From positions 1-56,621 of the forward strand of contig JBDRED010000025.1 in assembly GCA_043820025.1 (NCBI GenBank): 56,621 nt of DNA, written 5' to 3'. A program made the translations under genes and the position numbers. Below are positions 9,606 to 18,812 of the stretch, one piece after another. The stretch comes from Elusimicrobiota bacterium. Its GTDB lineage: Bacteria > RUG730 > JBDRED01. Under the pieces are notes generated by a model. It worked only from the letters and a program-made list of their open reading frames with translations. It searched no databases and was not told where the DNA came from. Every line of letters begins with the position of its first letter. Position 1 is the first letter of the stretch.

Positions 9606-10452
9606 GATCATTAATGGAAATGACCTTGCGGAAAATATTAAGAGTATTCTTGGCGATGAAATTTCAAAAATATCCTCGAAGGCAGGACGTGCTCCGGGCC
9701 TGGCTGTGATTATTGTTGGAAATAATCCTGCTTCAGAAATCTATGTGCGGTTGAAGAAAAAGGACTGTGATGTTTTAGGAATTTACAGCGAGGTATTCGC
9801 GCTTCCGGAAAATACTGCTGAGAAAGATCTCTTAAAATTAATCAGTGATTTAAATATGAATAATAGTATAGACGGTATACTTGTACAGCTTCCATTGCCA
9901 AAACATATAAACACAGATAATGTGCTCGATGCTATTGATCCAATGAAAGATGTAGATTGTTTTCACCCATATAACTTAGGGCTTCTATTCGCAGGCAAGC
10001 CAAGATTTCTTCCTTGTACTCCTGCCGGAGTAATGGAACTTTTAAAATCAAAAAAAATCAATGTGTCAGGCAAGCATGCTGTTGTGATTGGCAGAAGTAA
10101 TATTGTAGGAAAACCATGCGCTTTGCTTCTTCTGAGTGAAAATGCCACAGTCACGATCTGCCATTCAAAAACAAAAAATATAGAAGAAATAGTAAAAAAA
10201 TCCGATATTGTAGTTGCCGCTATTGGAAAGCCCAAATTTATTAACGCTGATATGATTAAGGATGGAGCAGTGGTAATTGATGTGGGAATTAATCGGGTCA
10301 ATGGAAGTGTCGTTGGAGATGTGGATTTTGATTCTGTGATTTCTAAGGCTTCATATATTACTCCGGTGCCAAAAGGCGTTGGCCCTATGACGCGCGCAAT
10401 GCTTATGCAGAACGCTGTTAAAGCGTATAAGACTAGAAATAATATATCATAA
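9589..10452 (+). CDS. folD: Methylenetetrahydrofolate dehydrogenase/cyclohydrolase
   Basis: GILVQLPLP, KDVD, PCTP, GRSNIVGKP, TPVPKGVGPMT. Confidence 0.97.
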   Translation: MEIQDKIINGNDLAENIKSILGDEISKISSKAGRAPGLAVIIVGNNPASEIYVRLKKKDCDVLGIYSEVFALPENTAEKDLLKLISDLNMNNSIDGILVQLPLPKHINTDNVLDAIDPMKDVDCFHPYNLGLLFAGKPRFLPCTPAGVMELLKSKKINVSGKHAVVIGRSNIVGKPCALLLLSENATVTICHSKTKNIEEIVKKSDIVVAAIGKPKFINADMIKDGAVVIDVGINRVNGSVVGDVDFDSVISKASYITPVPKGVGPMTRAMLMQNAVKAYKTRNNIS

Positions 10453-10535
10453 TAAAAAGCGCGTTGAGCGCAGCGCTGACTTAAAGCGAATTAAAAAAAC
10501 GGATATGATCATAATGCGTTATTATTTGAGGTTTT

Positions 10536-11738
10536 ATGTCTGATATTTCGTCTCCAAAGATATTTACAGTATCTGAAATAAATAATATTATTAAAGATTT
10601 TTTAGAAAAGGAATATGGGTCTATCTGGATAGAAGGCGAGCTTTCTAATACAAAGATCTATTCGTCAGGCCATTTATATTTTACTCTTAAAGACAAAGAC
10701 GCGCAAATTAAAGGCGTAATGTTTGGTTTCCATAATAAAAAGCTTCGTTTTAAACCGGATGATGGATTGCGCGTTCTTATTAAAGGAAAGCTGACATGCT
10801 ATGTTGTGGGCGGGCAGTATCAGATAATTTGTGAATACATGGAGCCAAAGGGCGTAGGCGCGCTTCAGCTTGCGTTCGAACAATTGAAGAAAAAACTTAA
10901 GGACGAAGGTTTGTTTGATGCTGAAAGAAAGCAGGCAATACCAATGCTCCCACAGCGGGTAGGTATTGTCACATCGCCTACAGGCGCTGCCATAAGGGAT
11001 ATATTATCAATTATTAACAGGCGTTATGCTAATCTTGAAATAATAATTTATCCTGTGAGGGTGCAGGGCGAGACAGCAAGGTATGAAATTTCTGAAGCAA
11101 TAAAATATTTAAATGAATTTCACTCTAATTTGGATGTGCTTCTCGTTGGAAGAGGAGGCGGCTCTATTGAAGATTTATGGGCATTTAATGAAGAGTTGGT
11201 TGCCAGAGCAATTGCTGATTCAAGGATACCCGTAATTTCGTGCGTAGGGCATGAGGTTGATTTTGTGATATCGGATTTTGTGGCTGATCTTAGGGCATCG
11301 ACACCATCAGCCGCTGCTGAGATGCTGGTAAGCACAAAAGAAGAGCTTGAAGAAAAGATAGCGCATTATTTTAAACGTATCACAAAAGATATGTTATATA
11401 TTTGGCAGCAGGCTGAATCCGAGCTAAATAAGGTTAAATCAAGCAGGATACTTTCAGATCCATACTCGCTGATTACAGAGCTTACTCAAACAAGAGATTA
11501 TTTGTCCGAAAAACTCCACGATCGAATTAATTTGATAATGAAAGATTGCGAACATAAATTACTAATTCTTAAAGAAAAACTTTATGCTATGTCGCCAAAG
11601 GAAATTCTAAAAAAAGGGTATTCAATAGTGGAAAAAATCAAAACAAAGAGAGTTGTAGTTAATAGTGTTGACTTAGAAAAAGATGACGAGATTTTAATAC
11701 AATTTTATAAAGGCGCCGTAATAGGTAAAGTTAAATGA
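10536..11738 (+). CDS. xseA: Exodeoxyribonuclease VII large subunit
   Basis: SGHLYFTLKD, RGGGSIEDLWAFNEE, GHEVD, TPSAAAE. Confidence 0.97.
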   Translation: MSDISSPKIFTVSEINNIIKDFLEKEYGSIWIEGELSNTKIYSSGHLYFTLKDKDAQIKGVMFGFHNKKLRFKPDDGLRVLIKGKLTCYVVGGQYQIICEYMEPKGVGALQLAFEQLKKKLKDEGLFDAERKQAIPMLPQRVGIVTSPTGAAIRDILSIINRRYANLEIIIYPVRVQGETARYEISEAIKYLNEFHSNLDVLLVGRGGGSIEDLWAFNEELVARAIADSRIPVISCVGHEVDFVISDFVADLRASTPSAAAEMLVSTKEELEEKIAHYFKRITKDMLYIWQQAESELNKVKSSRILSDPYSLITELTQTRDYLSEKLHDRINLIMKDCEHKLLILKEKLYAMSPKEILKKGYSIVEKIKTKRVVVNSVDLEKDDEILIQFYKGAVIGKVK

Positions 11739-11797
11739 GTTAATGAGTTACTATAATAAACTCATTAAACTTTTTAAACTTACTTTCAGGGGGTAAT

Positions 11798-12064
11798 ATG
11801 GTTAAGCAAAAAGATTCAGAAACATTTGAGCAGTCAATAAAGAAATTAGAGGAGATTGTAAATAAACTCGATGCGGGCAATGTAGAACTTGAAAAAGCCG
11901 TAGGCCTCTATGAAGAAGGCGCAAAGCTTTCTGAAAATTGTGTTTCGAAGTTAAATGAAGTTAAGAAGAGAATTGATATTCTTGTGAAGAAACATGGAAA
12001 ATATAGGCTTGAGCCGTTTGATGGAAAAGAAATTTTAGACGAAGAAGAGGAAGATGATGAATAA
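11798..12064 (+). CDS. xseB: Exodeoxyribonuclease VII small subunit
   Basis: FEQSIKKLEEIV..L..G...LE....YEEG; located between xseA and ispA. Confidence 0.95.
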   Translation: MVKQKDSETFEQSIKKLEEIVNKLDAGNVELEKAVGLYEEGAKLSENCVSKLNEVKKRIDILVKKHGKYRLEPFDGKEILDEEEEDDE

Positions 12065-12950
12065 TAAATTAAAAACTTTCTTCAAGACAAAGATATCCGT
12101 AATTGACGCGCAGTTGGACAGGTATCTTCCGGGACTTAATACAAAGCCGGCAGCGCTTTCTAAGGCAATACGATATAGCGTATTTAACGGCGGAAAAAGA
12201 TTAAGGCCGATTCTTGTTTTGTTAGGGAATAATATTACAGGCGGAAAAGAGAAAGACGCTTATCCGTGCGCAGTCGCGGTTGAGTTGGTACACGCGTACT
12301 CATTGGTGCATGACGATTTGCCGGCACTTGATAATGACGATTTGCGAAGAGGAAAAGCAACTACGCACAAAAAGTTTGGCGAGGCGGCCGCAATACTTGT
12401 CGGCGACGCGCTATTGACTCGCGCTTTTGAAGTAATATCTGATACTAAGGATCCGAAGGTCTTAAAAAAACTATTGAAAATCCTGTCTTCTGCCGCAGGA
12501 GTTATTGGTATGGTTGGCGGGCAGTTTGTTGATCTTGAATCCGAAGGAAAAGGAGCAAAGTCTGAAGACGCTAAAAATATTTTAAATTATATACACGCAA
12601 ATAAAACAGGCGCTCTGATAAGAGCAAGCCTTATTATGGGCGCGCAGTCATCTAATGCAGATACGAAAAGTATTAACGCTCTTGATAATTATGGTAAATA
12701 TCTTGGACTGATTTTCCAGATAACCGACGACATTTTAGATATAATAGGCAATAAAAAAAAGCTGGGTAAAAGGGGCAGTGACGCTGATAATCAAAAGCTG
12801 ACATATCCTGCTCTACATGGATTAGAGGAATCAAAAAATATGGTTAAGGTATTACAAAAAAAGGCTGACAAGGCATTAGATATATTCCCAAAAATTAAAG
12901 CAGTATTATTAAGAGAACTATTAGACTATGTTGCGAATAGGGAATGTTAA
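12054..12950 (+). CDS. ispA: Farnesyl/geranylgeranyl diphosphate synthase
   Basis: GGKRLRP, HDDLPALDNDDLRRGK, FQITDDILD. Confidence 0.95.
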   Translation: MMNNKLKTFFKTKISVIDAQLDRYLPGLNTKPAALSKAIRYSVFNGGKRLRPILVLLGNNITGGKEKDAYPCAVAVELVHAYSLVHDDLPALDNDDLRRGKATTHKKFGEAAAILVGDALLTRAFEVISDTKDPKVLKKLLKILSSAAGVIGMVGGQFVDLESEGKGAKSEDAKNILNYIHANKTGALIRASLIMGAQSSNADTKSINALDNYGKYLGLIFQITDDILDIIGNKKKLGKRGSDADNQKLTYPALHGLEESKNMVKVLQKKADKALDIFPKIKAVLLRELLDYVANREC

Positions 12951-13055
12951 ATTTTAACGAAGTCTTTTTTTAATGAATTACGCATTTCCGGATAAAGGTG
13001 CGATATTGTATGGAAATGAATTTTAGGTATTTAAAAATATTTTAGGAGGGAATAG

Positions 13056-14381
13056 ATGCTGGAAAGAATTTTTAGAATTAAAGAGCGTGGAAGCGATTTA
13101 AAAACTGAAATATTGGCAGGGTTTACCACATTTGCGACTATGGCGTACATTTTATTTGTGAATCCTGAACTGCTTTCAAAGGGCGGCATGAGTTTTGAAG
13201 GGGTTGTATTAGCAACTGCTCTTTCAGCAATGATAGCCTGCGTAACTATGGGTATATGGGCAAATCTGCCTTTTGCTCTTGCTGCAGGTATGGGTTACAA
13301 TGCTTTTTTTGCGTTTACTGTTTGCGGAGTGATGGGTATATCTTGGCAGACCGCGCTTGGCGCAGTTTTAATCGACGGTGTAATATTTTTAATCATAGCG
13401 CTTCTTCCTATAAGAGATTCAATATTTAAAGGAATACCAATGACAATTAAGCTCGCTGCCAGCGTTGGTATAGGTATTTTTATTGCTTTTATTGGGCTTG
13501 AGCAGTCAAAGGTGATTGTCTCAAATCCGGCTGTATTTGTTGGATTGGGTAATGTAACGTCTCCGGAGGTAATATTAACGATTGCGGGTATTATACTGAT
13601 AGCTGTTTTAGCAGCGAAGAGAATACATGGAGCGTTCTTAATGGGTATTATAATTATTACAATTACAGGCATGTTTTTTAAGTCTTCCGGGGGCAATGCA
13701 ATTACGGCAATGCCAAAAGATATTATCGCTTTGCCGTCATTTAAAGAATTTATGGCTATACTTATGCAGATTGATATTAAAGGAGCGCTGGCATGGAGTA
13801 TGGTGCCTGTGATATTTACATTTACATTCATGGATATATTCGACACAATTGGATCCGTTGCCGGTTTATCGTCTAAGCTGGGTATAATAGATGAAAAAGG
13901 AACCTTCCCAAAAGCAGGCAAGGTGTTAATTATAGACGCGATAGGAACAATAGAGGGAGCTTTATGCGGCACAACGACTGTAACAACATATATTGAAAGC
14001 GCGTCCGGAATATCTGAGGGCGGTAAGACAGGTTTAACAGCGGTTGTAGTGGGAATATTATTTTTAGCGGGTATTTTCTTTATACCGTTTATTAAAATAG
14101 TTCCTCCTCAAGCGACCGGCGCAGTGCTTGTTATTGTCGGGTTTTTGATGATGGAGCCAATATTAAAAATTAATTTTACTGACGTAACTGAAGCTCTTCC
14201 TGCGTTCCTTACTATAATTCTTATGCCGCTCACATATAATATTTCGTACGGATTAATCTTTGGTATGATCTCATACACATTGTTAAAGGTGTTAACAGGA
14301 AGACGTAAAGAGGTTAGCGTGGTTATGTATATTGTGACCATTGTTGCGGCAATGTATTTTGTTATAGGAAAAGGTATGTAA
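13056..14381 (+). CDS. NCS2/AzgA family purine permease
   Basis: TEILAGFTTF, DIFDTIG, TTYIESASG..GGKTGLTA; multi-pass membrane protein. Confidence 0.92.
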   Translation: MLERIFRIKERGSDLKTEILAGFTTFATMAYILFVNPELLSKGGMSFEGVVLATALSAMIACVTMGIWANLPFALAAGMGYNAFFAFTVCGVMGISWQTALGAVLIDGVIFLIIALLPIRDSIFKGIPMTIKLAASVGIGIFIAFIGLEQSKVIVSNPAVFVGLGNVTSPEVILTIAGIILIAVLAAKRIHGAFLMGIIIITITGMFFKSSGGNAITAMPKDIIALPSFKEFMAILMQIDIKGALAWSMVPVIFTFTFMDIFDTIGSVAGLSSKLGIIDEKGTFPKAGKVLIIDAIGTIEGALCGTTTVTTYIESASGISEGGKTGLTAVVVGILFLAGIFFIPFIKIVPPQATGAVLVIVGFLMMEPILKINFTDVTEALPAFLTIILMPLTYNISYGLIFGMISYTLLKVLTGRRKEVSVVMYIVTIVAAMYFVIGKGM

Positions 14382-14404
14382 CACGTTATTAGAGGAGGGA
14401 AGAT

Positions 14405-15121
14405 TTGAATATAATAATTGAGAGAATCGTAAATGGTTTTATTTTGGATTTAAATAAACTCAACCGGGGTAACATACATTCAGTGTATGTTTACGGCAGC
14501 GCTGTTGGCAGGGGATATATTCATAAAAGGTCAGATATTAATGTGCTGGTAATTTTAAAGGATATTAACAGCAGTTTTTTAGAAAATAATTCTAAGCTGG
14601 TTAAGAAGTATGCAAAAAAATATAAACTTATTCCTTTGTTTTTGACAGATAGGCATATACAAACATCCCAGGACGTGTTTCCCATGGAATTTACCGAGAT
14701 AAAGGATGCTTACATACTTCTTCATGGAGACGATATTTTAAAAGATTTAAAAATAGATATGGCAAATATCAGACTGCAATGCGAACAATTAATAAAAGGA
14801 CAGCTCATTAGAATTTACCAGATACTGCTCGAGATAGGCAGCAACAAAAGGAAAAAACTGAAATTATTAATAAATTCCATAGGTAATATTGCGCCTGCTT
14901 TACGGGCTATGTTAAGGATTACAGGCAAGACTCCTCCGTCTATAAAAAAGGATATGTTTGATCAGTTTGCAAAGGAATACAATATTGATGCAGGCGCATT
15001 TTTAGAGGTATTGAAAATAAAGGAGTCAAAAGGAAAAGCTGAGGATGTTAATGCGCTTATTACAAATTATATAAAGGCTTTGCAGGATATTGCGGGGGTT
15101 GTTGACGGGCTGCAGGTATGA
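14405..15121 (+). CDS. Nucleotidyltransferase-domain protein (LemA/TPM-associated)
   Basis: YGSA..G.Y....SDINVL motif and DVFPMEF. Confidence 0.75.
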   Translation: MNIIIERIVNGFILDLNKLNRGNIHSVYVYGSAVGRGYIHKRSDINVLVILKDINSSFLENNSKLVKKYAKKYKLIPLFLTDRHIQTSQDVFPMEFTEIKDAYILLHGDDILKDLKIDMANIRLQCEQLIKGQLIRIYQILLEIGSNKRKKLKLLINSIGNIAPALRAMLRITGKTPPSIKKDMFDQFAKEYNIDAGAFLEVLKIKESKGKAEDVNALITNYIKALQDIAGVVDGLQV

Positions 15122-15861
15122 TTAAAAAAATACTTTTATCACTATTGCTGAGTTTTGGGATTTTCTCAGGCGCGCTTTATACTGCGCCTAATCCGGATAG
15201 CTATATAGTTGATGACGCCGGGTTAATAAACAGCGAGGATAAGATTTTTTTGAATCAATTAATAACGGAGCTAAAAACAAAAAGCGGCGCTGAGGCTGCT
15301 GTAGTTACAATAAATTCGCTGGAAGGCAATTCTATTGAGGGTTATACTGTAGATCTTTTTGAAAAATGGGGTATTGGTAAGAAAGGCGAGGATAATGGGA
15401 TACTTTTGCTTATTGCTCTACAGGAGAGACGTATACGCATTGAGGTTGGTTATGGCCTGGAGGGTGTGATAACTGACGGAACTGCAGGCGAGATTATCAG
15501 AGATATTATATCGCCGCTTTTCAGGTCAGGAGAAACTTCTAAAGGTGTGGTTTATGGCGTAATTGCTATTGTGGATAAAATCGCAAAGTATTATAATATA
15601 GAACTACAGAGTTTATCCGGCGTTGATGTTCAAAAGGTTGGGGCAGATAATAAAGGGAATAGTATAGGGTCATTTATTTTTATAATACTGTTCTTTTTGT
15701 TTTTTGGTTTTAGGATATTTTTTATTCCATTTCTGTTTGGCGGCCGCGGATTTTGGGGTGGCGGCGGAGGAGGTTTCGGAGGGGGAGGATTTGGCGGAGG
15801 AGGTTTCGGAGGATTTGGCGGCGGGTCCGGCGGCGGCGGCGGCGCTAGCGGCGGCTGGTAA
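15118..15861 (+). CDS. TPM-domain (YgcG-like) membrane protein with Gly-rich tail
   Basis: Signal peptide, WGIG.KGEDNGILLL, RIEVGYGLEG, GGGGASGGW end. Confidence 0.92.
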   Translation: MIKKILLSLLLSFGIFSGALYTAPNPDSYIVDDAGLINSEDKIFLNQLITELKTKSGAEAAVVTINSLEGNSIEGYTVDLFEKWGIGKKGEDNGILLLIALQERRIRIEVGYGLEGVITDGTAGEIIRDIISPLFRSGETSKGVVYGVIAIVDKIAKYYNIELQSLSGVDVQKVGADNKGNSIGSFIFIILFFLFFGFRIFFIPFLFGGRGFWGGGGGGFGGGGFGGGGFGGFGGGSGGGGGASGGW

Positions 15862-15913
15862 ATAGTAAAATAGAGAAAATATTTTCAAATAAAATTTTCG
15901 TAGGAGGAAAAGT

Positions 15914-16480
15914 ATGAAAAAATTAGTTATTATTTTGGCAGCTCTTCTGGTAGTTGGAATAATGTTTATAGGCTGGTATATTAATGGACTTAATAGGATT
16001 GTGCGAATGCACGAAACTGTTAAAGAGTCATGGGCAGAGATTGATAATCAATTAAAAAGGCGGTCAGATCTTATTCCAAATCTTGTTAATACCGTAAAAG
16101 GTTATGCCGGCCACGAAAAAGAAGTTTTTACTCATATTGCTGACGCAAGAGCGAAATTAGCAGGCGCGCAGACCATTAAACAGAAGATTGACGCGTCTAA
16201 CCGGCTTGAAAGCGCGTTATCAAGGCTTTTAGTTATAGTTGAAAGGTATCCTGATTTAAAGGCGAATATATCTTTTCAGCGTTTAATGGATGAACTTTCC
16301 GGAACCGAGAACAGAATTGCTGTTGCTCGTATGCGTTATAACAGGGAAGTAAAAACTTTTAATGCGCATATACGCGAGGTAATTGGAGGGTTCTTTGCCA
16401 GAAGGCGTGGACTGACTGAACCTTTTGAATATTTCGAAATTGCAGAATCTGATAAGGCTGTTCCTGAGGTTAAGTTTTAA
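15914..16480 (+). CDS. lemA: LemA family protein
   Basis: RRSDLIPNLV.TVKGY, ERYPDLKA, ENRIAVAR.RYN. Confidence 0.95.
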   Translation: MKKLVIILAALLVVGIMFIGWYINGLNRIVRMHETVKESWAEIDNQLKRRSDLIPNLVNTVKGYAGHEKEVFTHIADARAKLAGAQTIKQKIDASNRLESALSRLLVIVERYPDLKANISFQRLMDELSGTENRIAVARMRYNREVKTFNAHIREVIGGFFARRRGLTEPFEYFEIAESDKAVPEVKF

Positions 16481-16541
16481 TAAATTATTTTACTTGCTGA
16501 GTTGCGCAAAAACTATTGATATTAGTAGTTTTTTTGATTTC

Positions 16542-16570
16542 TTGACCCGTATAGTTATTTTTAGTAAAAT
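16542..16570 (+). promoter_or_regulatory. sigma70-type promoter upstream of tRNA-Arg/tadA/lpxA
   Basis: TTGACC-17 nt-TAAAAT. Confidence 0.7.
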
Positions 16571-16589
16571 CAAAAAATCTATTTTTTAT

Positions 16590-16663
16590 GCGCTCGTAGC
16601 TCAGCTGGATAGAGTAACTGACTACGAATCAGTAGGTCGGGCGTTCGAATCGCCCCGAGCGCA
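16590..16663 (+). tRNA. tRNA-Arg(ACG)
   Basis: GCGCTCGTAGCTCAGCTGGATAGAGTAACTGACTACGAATCAGT...GTTCGAATC...CGAGCGCA. Confidence 0.97.
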
Positions 16664-16704
16664 TATTATTGTTGTGTGCTGCGCGTCGTGGGAATAGCGT
16701 GATT

Positions 16705-17160
16705 ATGGGAAATGATATGCATGAGTTTTTTATGAGGGAGGCTTTGAAGGAAGCCGAAAAGGCGTATAAAAAGGGAGAAGTCCCTATAGGCGCTGTTCTT
16801 GTGAAGGATGGACAAATTATTGCCAGAGCGCATAATGAGTCAATTTTAAAGAATGACCCGACAGCGCATGCTGAAATACAGGCGCTAAGAAAATCCGGAA
16901 AGAAACTGAAAAATTATCGTTTGAATGATGCGATTTTGTATGTTACAATTGAGCCATGTCCAATGTGCGCCGGCGCTTTGGTTTGGGCGCGGATAAAAAA
17001 AGTAGTTTTTGGCGCTGTTGATAAAAGGGCCGGAAGCTGTGGTACAATCTTTTCAATTGTAGATGATAAAAATCTTAATCATTGTGTAGAAGTAGTCAGC
17101 GGAGTTTGCGAGAGCGCATGCAAAGAGCTCATGCGAAAGTTTTTTAAAGAAAGAAGATAA
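16705..17160 (+). CDS. tadA: tRNA adenosine(34) deaminase
   Basis: GEVPIGAV, DPTAHAE, EPCPMC, FFKERR; start codon uncertain (16705 or 16717). Confidence 0.95.
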   Translation: MGNDMHEFFMREALKEAEKAYKKGEVPIGAVLVKDGQIIARAHNESILKNDPTAHAEIQALRKSGKKLKNYRLNDAILYVTIEPCPMCAGALVWARIKKVVFGAVDKRAGSCGTIFSIVDDKNLNHCVEVVSGVCESACKELMRKFFKERR

Positions 17161-17212
17161 TGTTACGTCTTATTGCCGGGTAAAAATACGAACTTTTATT
17201 TTGGGGGAAATA

Positions 17213-17986
17213 ATGATAATTCATAAAACAGCTTTAGTTCATCCTGACGCAGTGCTTGCTGACGATGTTGAGATAGGCCCTAATACAATTATTAGCGATA
17301 AAGCAAATATAGGGCCCGGTGTAAAAATTGGGGCTAATGTGATTGTTTCGGGCAGTGTTGAAATAGGCGACAAATGCCAAATTTTTACCGGAGCTGTTAT
17401 TGGCACAGAGCCGCAGGATCTAAAATATAAAGGTGAGGAAACAAGGGTTAGTATTGGAAAAAATACAACAATCAGAGAATATGTCACAATAAATAGGGGA
17501 ACAACGAGCACCGGCGAAACCAGGGTTGGCGATAATTGTCTTTTAATGGCATATGTGCATGTAGCTCATGACTGTATTGTCGGCAATAATGTTGTGCTCG
17601 CAAACTGCGCGACACTTGCCGGCCATGTTGTTGCTGAAGATAAATCAATAGTCGGCGGATTAAGCGCTGTTCATCAGTTTACACGTATAGGCACAATGTC
17701 AATAGTAGGCGGCGGATCGAGAGTTTCAAAGGATATTCCTCCGTTTTGTAAGGCTGCAGGCACGCCGATTCGTATGTTTGGTTTAAATACAGTCGGCCTT
17801 CAGAGAAGTAATTTCAGCTCTAGTGTCAGAGAACAGCTTAAACGAACTTATAAGACGATGTTTAGATCAAAGATGAATACTACGCAGGCAATCAAGTATC
17901 TTGAAAAAAATTCAGATTTATGTGATGAGGTAAAATATTTTATAGCTTTTATTAAGGAATCTGAGAGAGGAATATGTAAGGAGTAG
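17213..17986 (+). CDS. lpxA: Acyl-ACP--UDP-N-acetylglucosamine (or UDP-GlcNAc3N) acyltransferase
   Basis: Hexapeptide repeats, PQDLKYKGE, HVAHDC, LAGHV, VHQF. Confidence 0.96.
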   Translation: MIIHKTALVHPDAVLADDVEIGPNTIISDKANIGPGVKIGANVIVSGSVEIGDKCQIFTGAVIGTEPQDLKYKGEETRVSIGKNTTIREYVTINRGTTSTGETRVGDNCLLMAYVHVAHDCIVGNNVVLANCATLAGHVVAEDKSIVGGLSAVHQFTRIGTMSIVGGGSRVSKDIPPFCKAAGTPIRMFGLNTVGLQRSNFSSSVREQLKRTYKTMFRSKMNTTQAIKYLEKNSDLCDEVKYFIAFIKESERGICKE

Positions 17987-17990
17987 TGAC

Positions 17991-18800
17991 TTGAATAATG
18001 AATTATTCGGCCTTATTGCAGGAAATGGCGATTTCCCTCTGGTATTCTTAAAAGAAGCTCATAGGCAAAACATTCCATGCGTTGTCATTGCGTTAAAGGG
18101 CGAGGCTGATCCCTCTATTGAATCATTATCATCATCTGTTTTTTGGGTTAATATTGGTCATTTGAATGAGTTAATTGGAATTTTAAAAACAGGTAATGTT
18201 ACAAAAGCAGTAATGTGCGGCCAGGTTGTGCATACAAGACTTTTTACTGAGGTTAAGCTTGATTGGAGAGCGATTAAGCTTTTAGGATACATAAAAGACA
18301 GAAAGACTGATTCAATACTTAGGGCTGTGGCAGATGAGCTTTCAAGCGAAGGTATTGAGCTGATATCATCCATTACACTGCTTGATAAATATGTTCCTAA
18401 TCAAAAAGGTCCCTTAACAAAAACCAAACCTTCAAAGAGTATTCTTCAAGATATAGAATTTGGAATGGATATAGCGAAAAAATTAGCAGGATTGGATATT
18501 GGCCAGACAGTTGTTGTTAAAGAACGAGTTGTTGTAGCAGTTGAATCATTGGAGGGCACTGATAAGTGTATACAGCGCGCTTATGAATTAGCAGGCGCAG
18601 GAATTGTGGTTGTAAAGGTTAACAAGCCCAACCAGGATTTGAGATTTGATGTGCCGGTTATTGGAGAGAGGACATTTACAACTCTGAAAAGCGTTAAGGC
18701 CGGCGCTATTGCTTTTGAATCAGGGAAGACACTTTTTCTCGACAGCGTCAGGTCTTTAGAGATTGCAGATGAAAGCAAAATAGTAGTTTATGGTATTTAA
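17991..18800 (+). CDS. lpxI: UDP-2,3-diacylglucosamine diphosphatase LpxI
   Basis: GLIAGNGDFP, DIGQTVVV, ESLEGTD, QDLRFDVPVIG; follows lpxA. Confidence 0.92.
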   Translation: MNNELFGLIAGNGDFPLVFLKEAHRQNIPCVVIALKGEADPSIESLSSSVFWVNIGHLNELIGILKTGNVTKAVMCGQVVHTRLFTEVKLDWRAIKLLGYIKDRKTDSILRAVADELSSEGIELISSITLLDKYVPNQKGPLTKTKPSKSILQDIEFGMDIAKKLAGLDIGQTVVVKERVVVAVESLEGTDKCIQRAYELAGAGIVVVKVNKPNQDLRFDVPVIGERTFTTLKSVKAGAIAFESGKTLFLDSVRSLEIADESKIVVYGI

Positions 18801-18812
18801 AAGGAAAATAAT

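Noticed and set aside
12951-13055. Purine riboswitch upstream of the NCS2 permease
   Set aside because: No three-way-junction consensus (TATAAT...GGATATGG...TTTCTACC...CCGTAAA) is recognisable
13295-13972. 225-aa antisense ORF
   Set aside because: Shadow of the hydrophobic permease codons on the opposite strand
15740-15858. GC-rich repeat tract
   Set aside because: Simply encodes the Gly-rich tail typical of TPM proteins
16425-16697. 90-aa ORF
   Set aside because: Runs through the promoter and tRNA-Arg(ACG)
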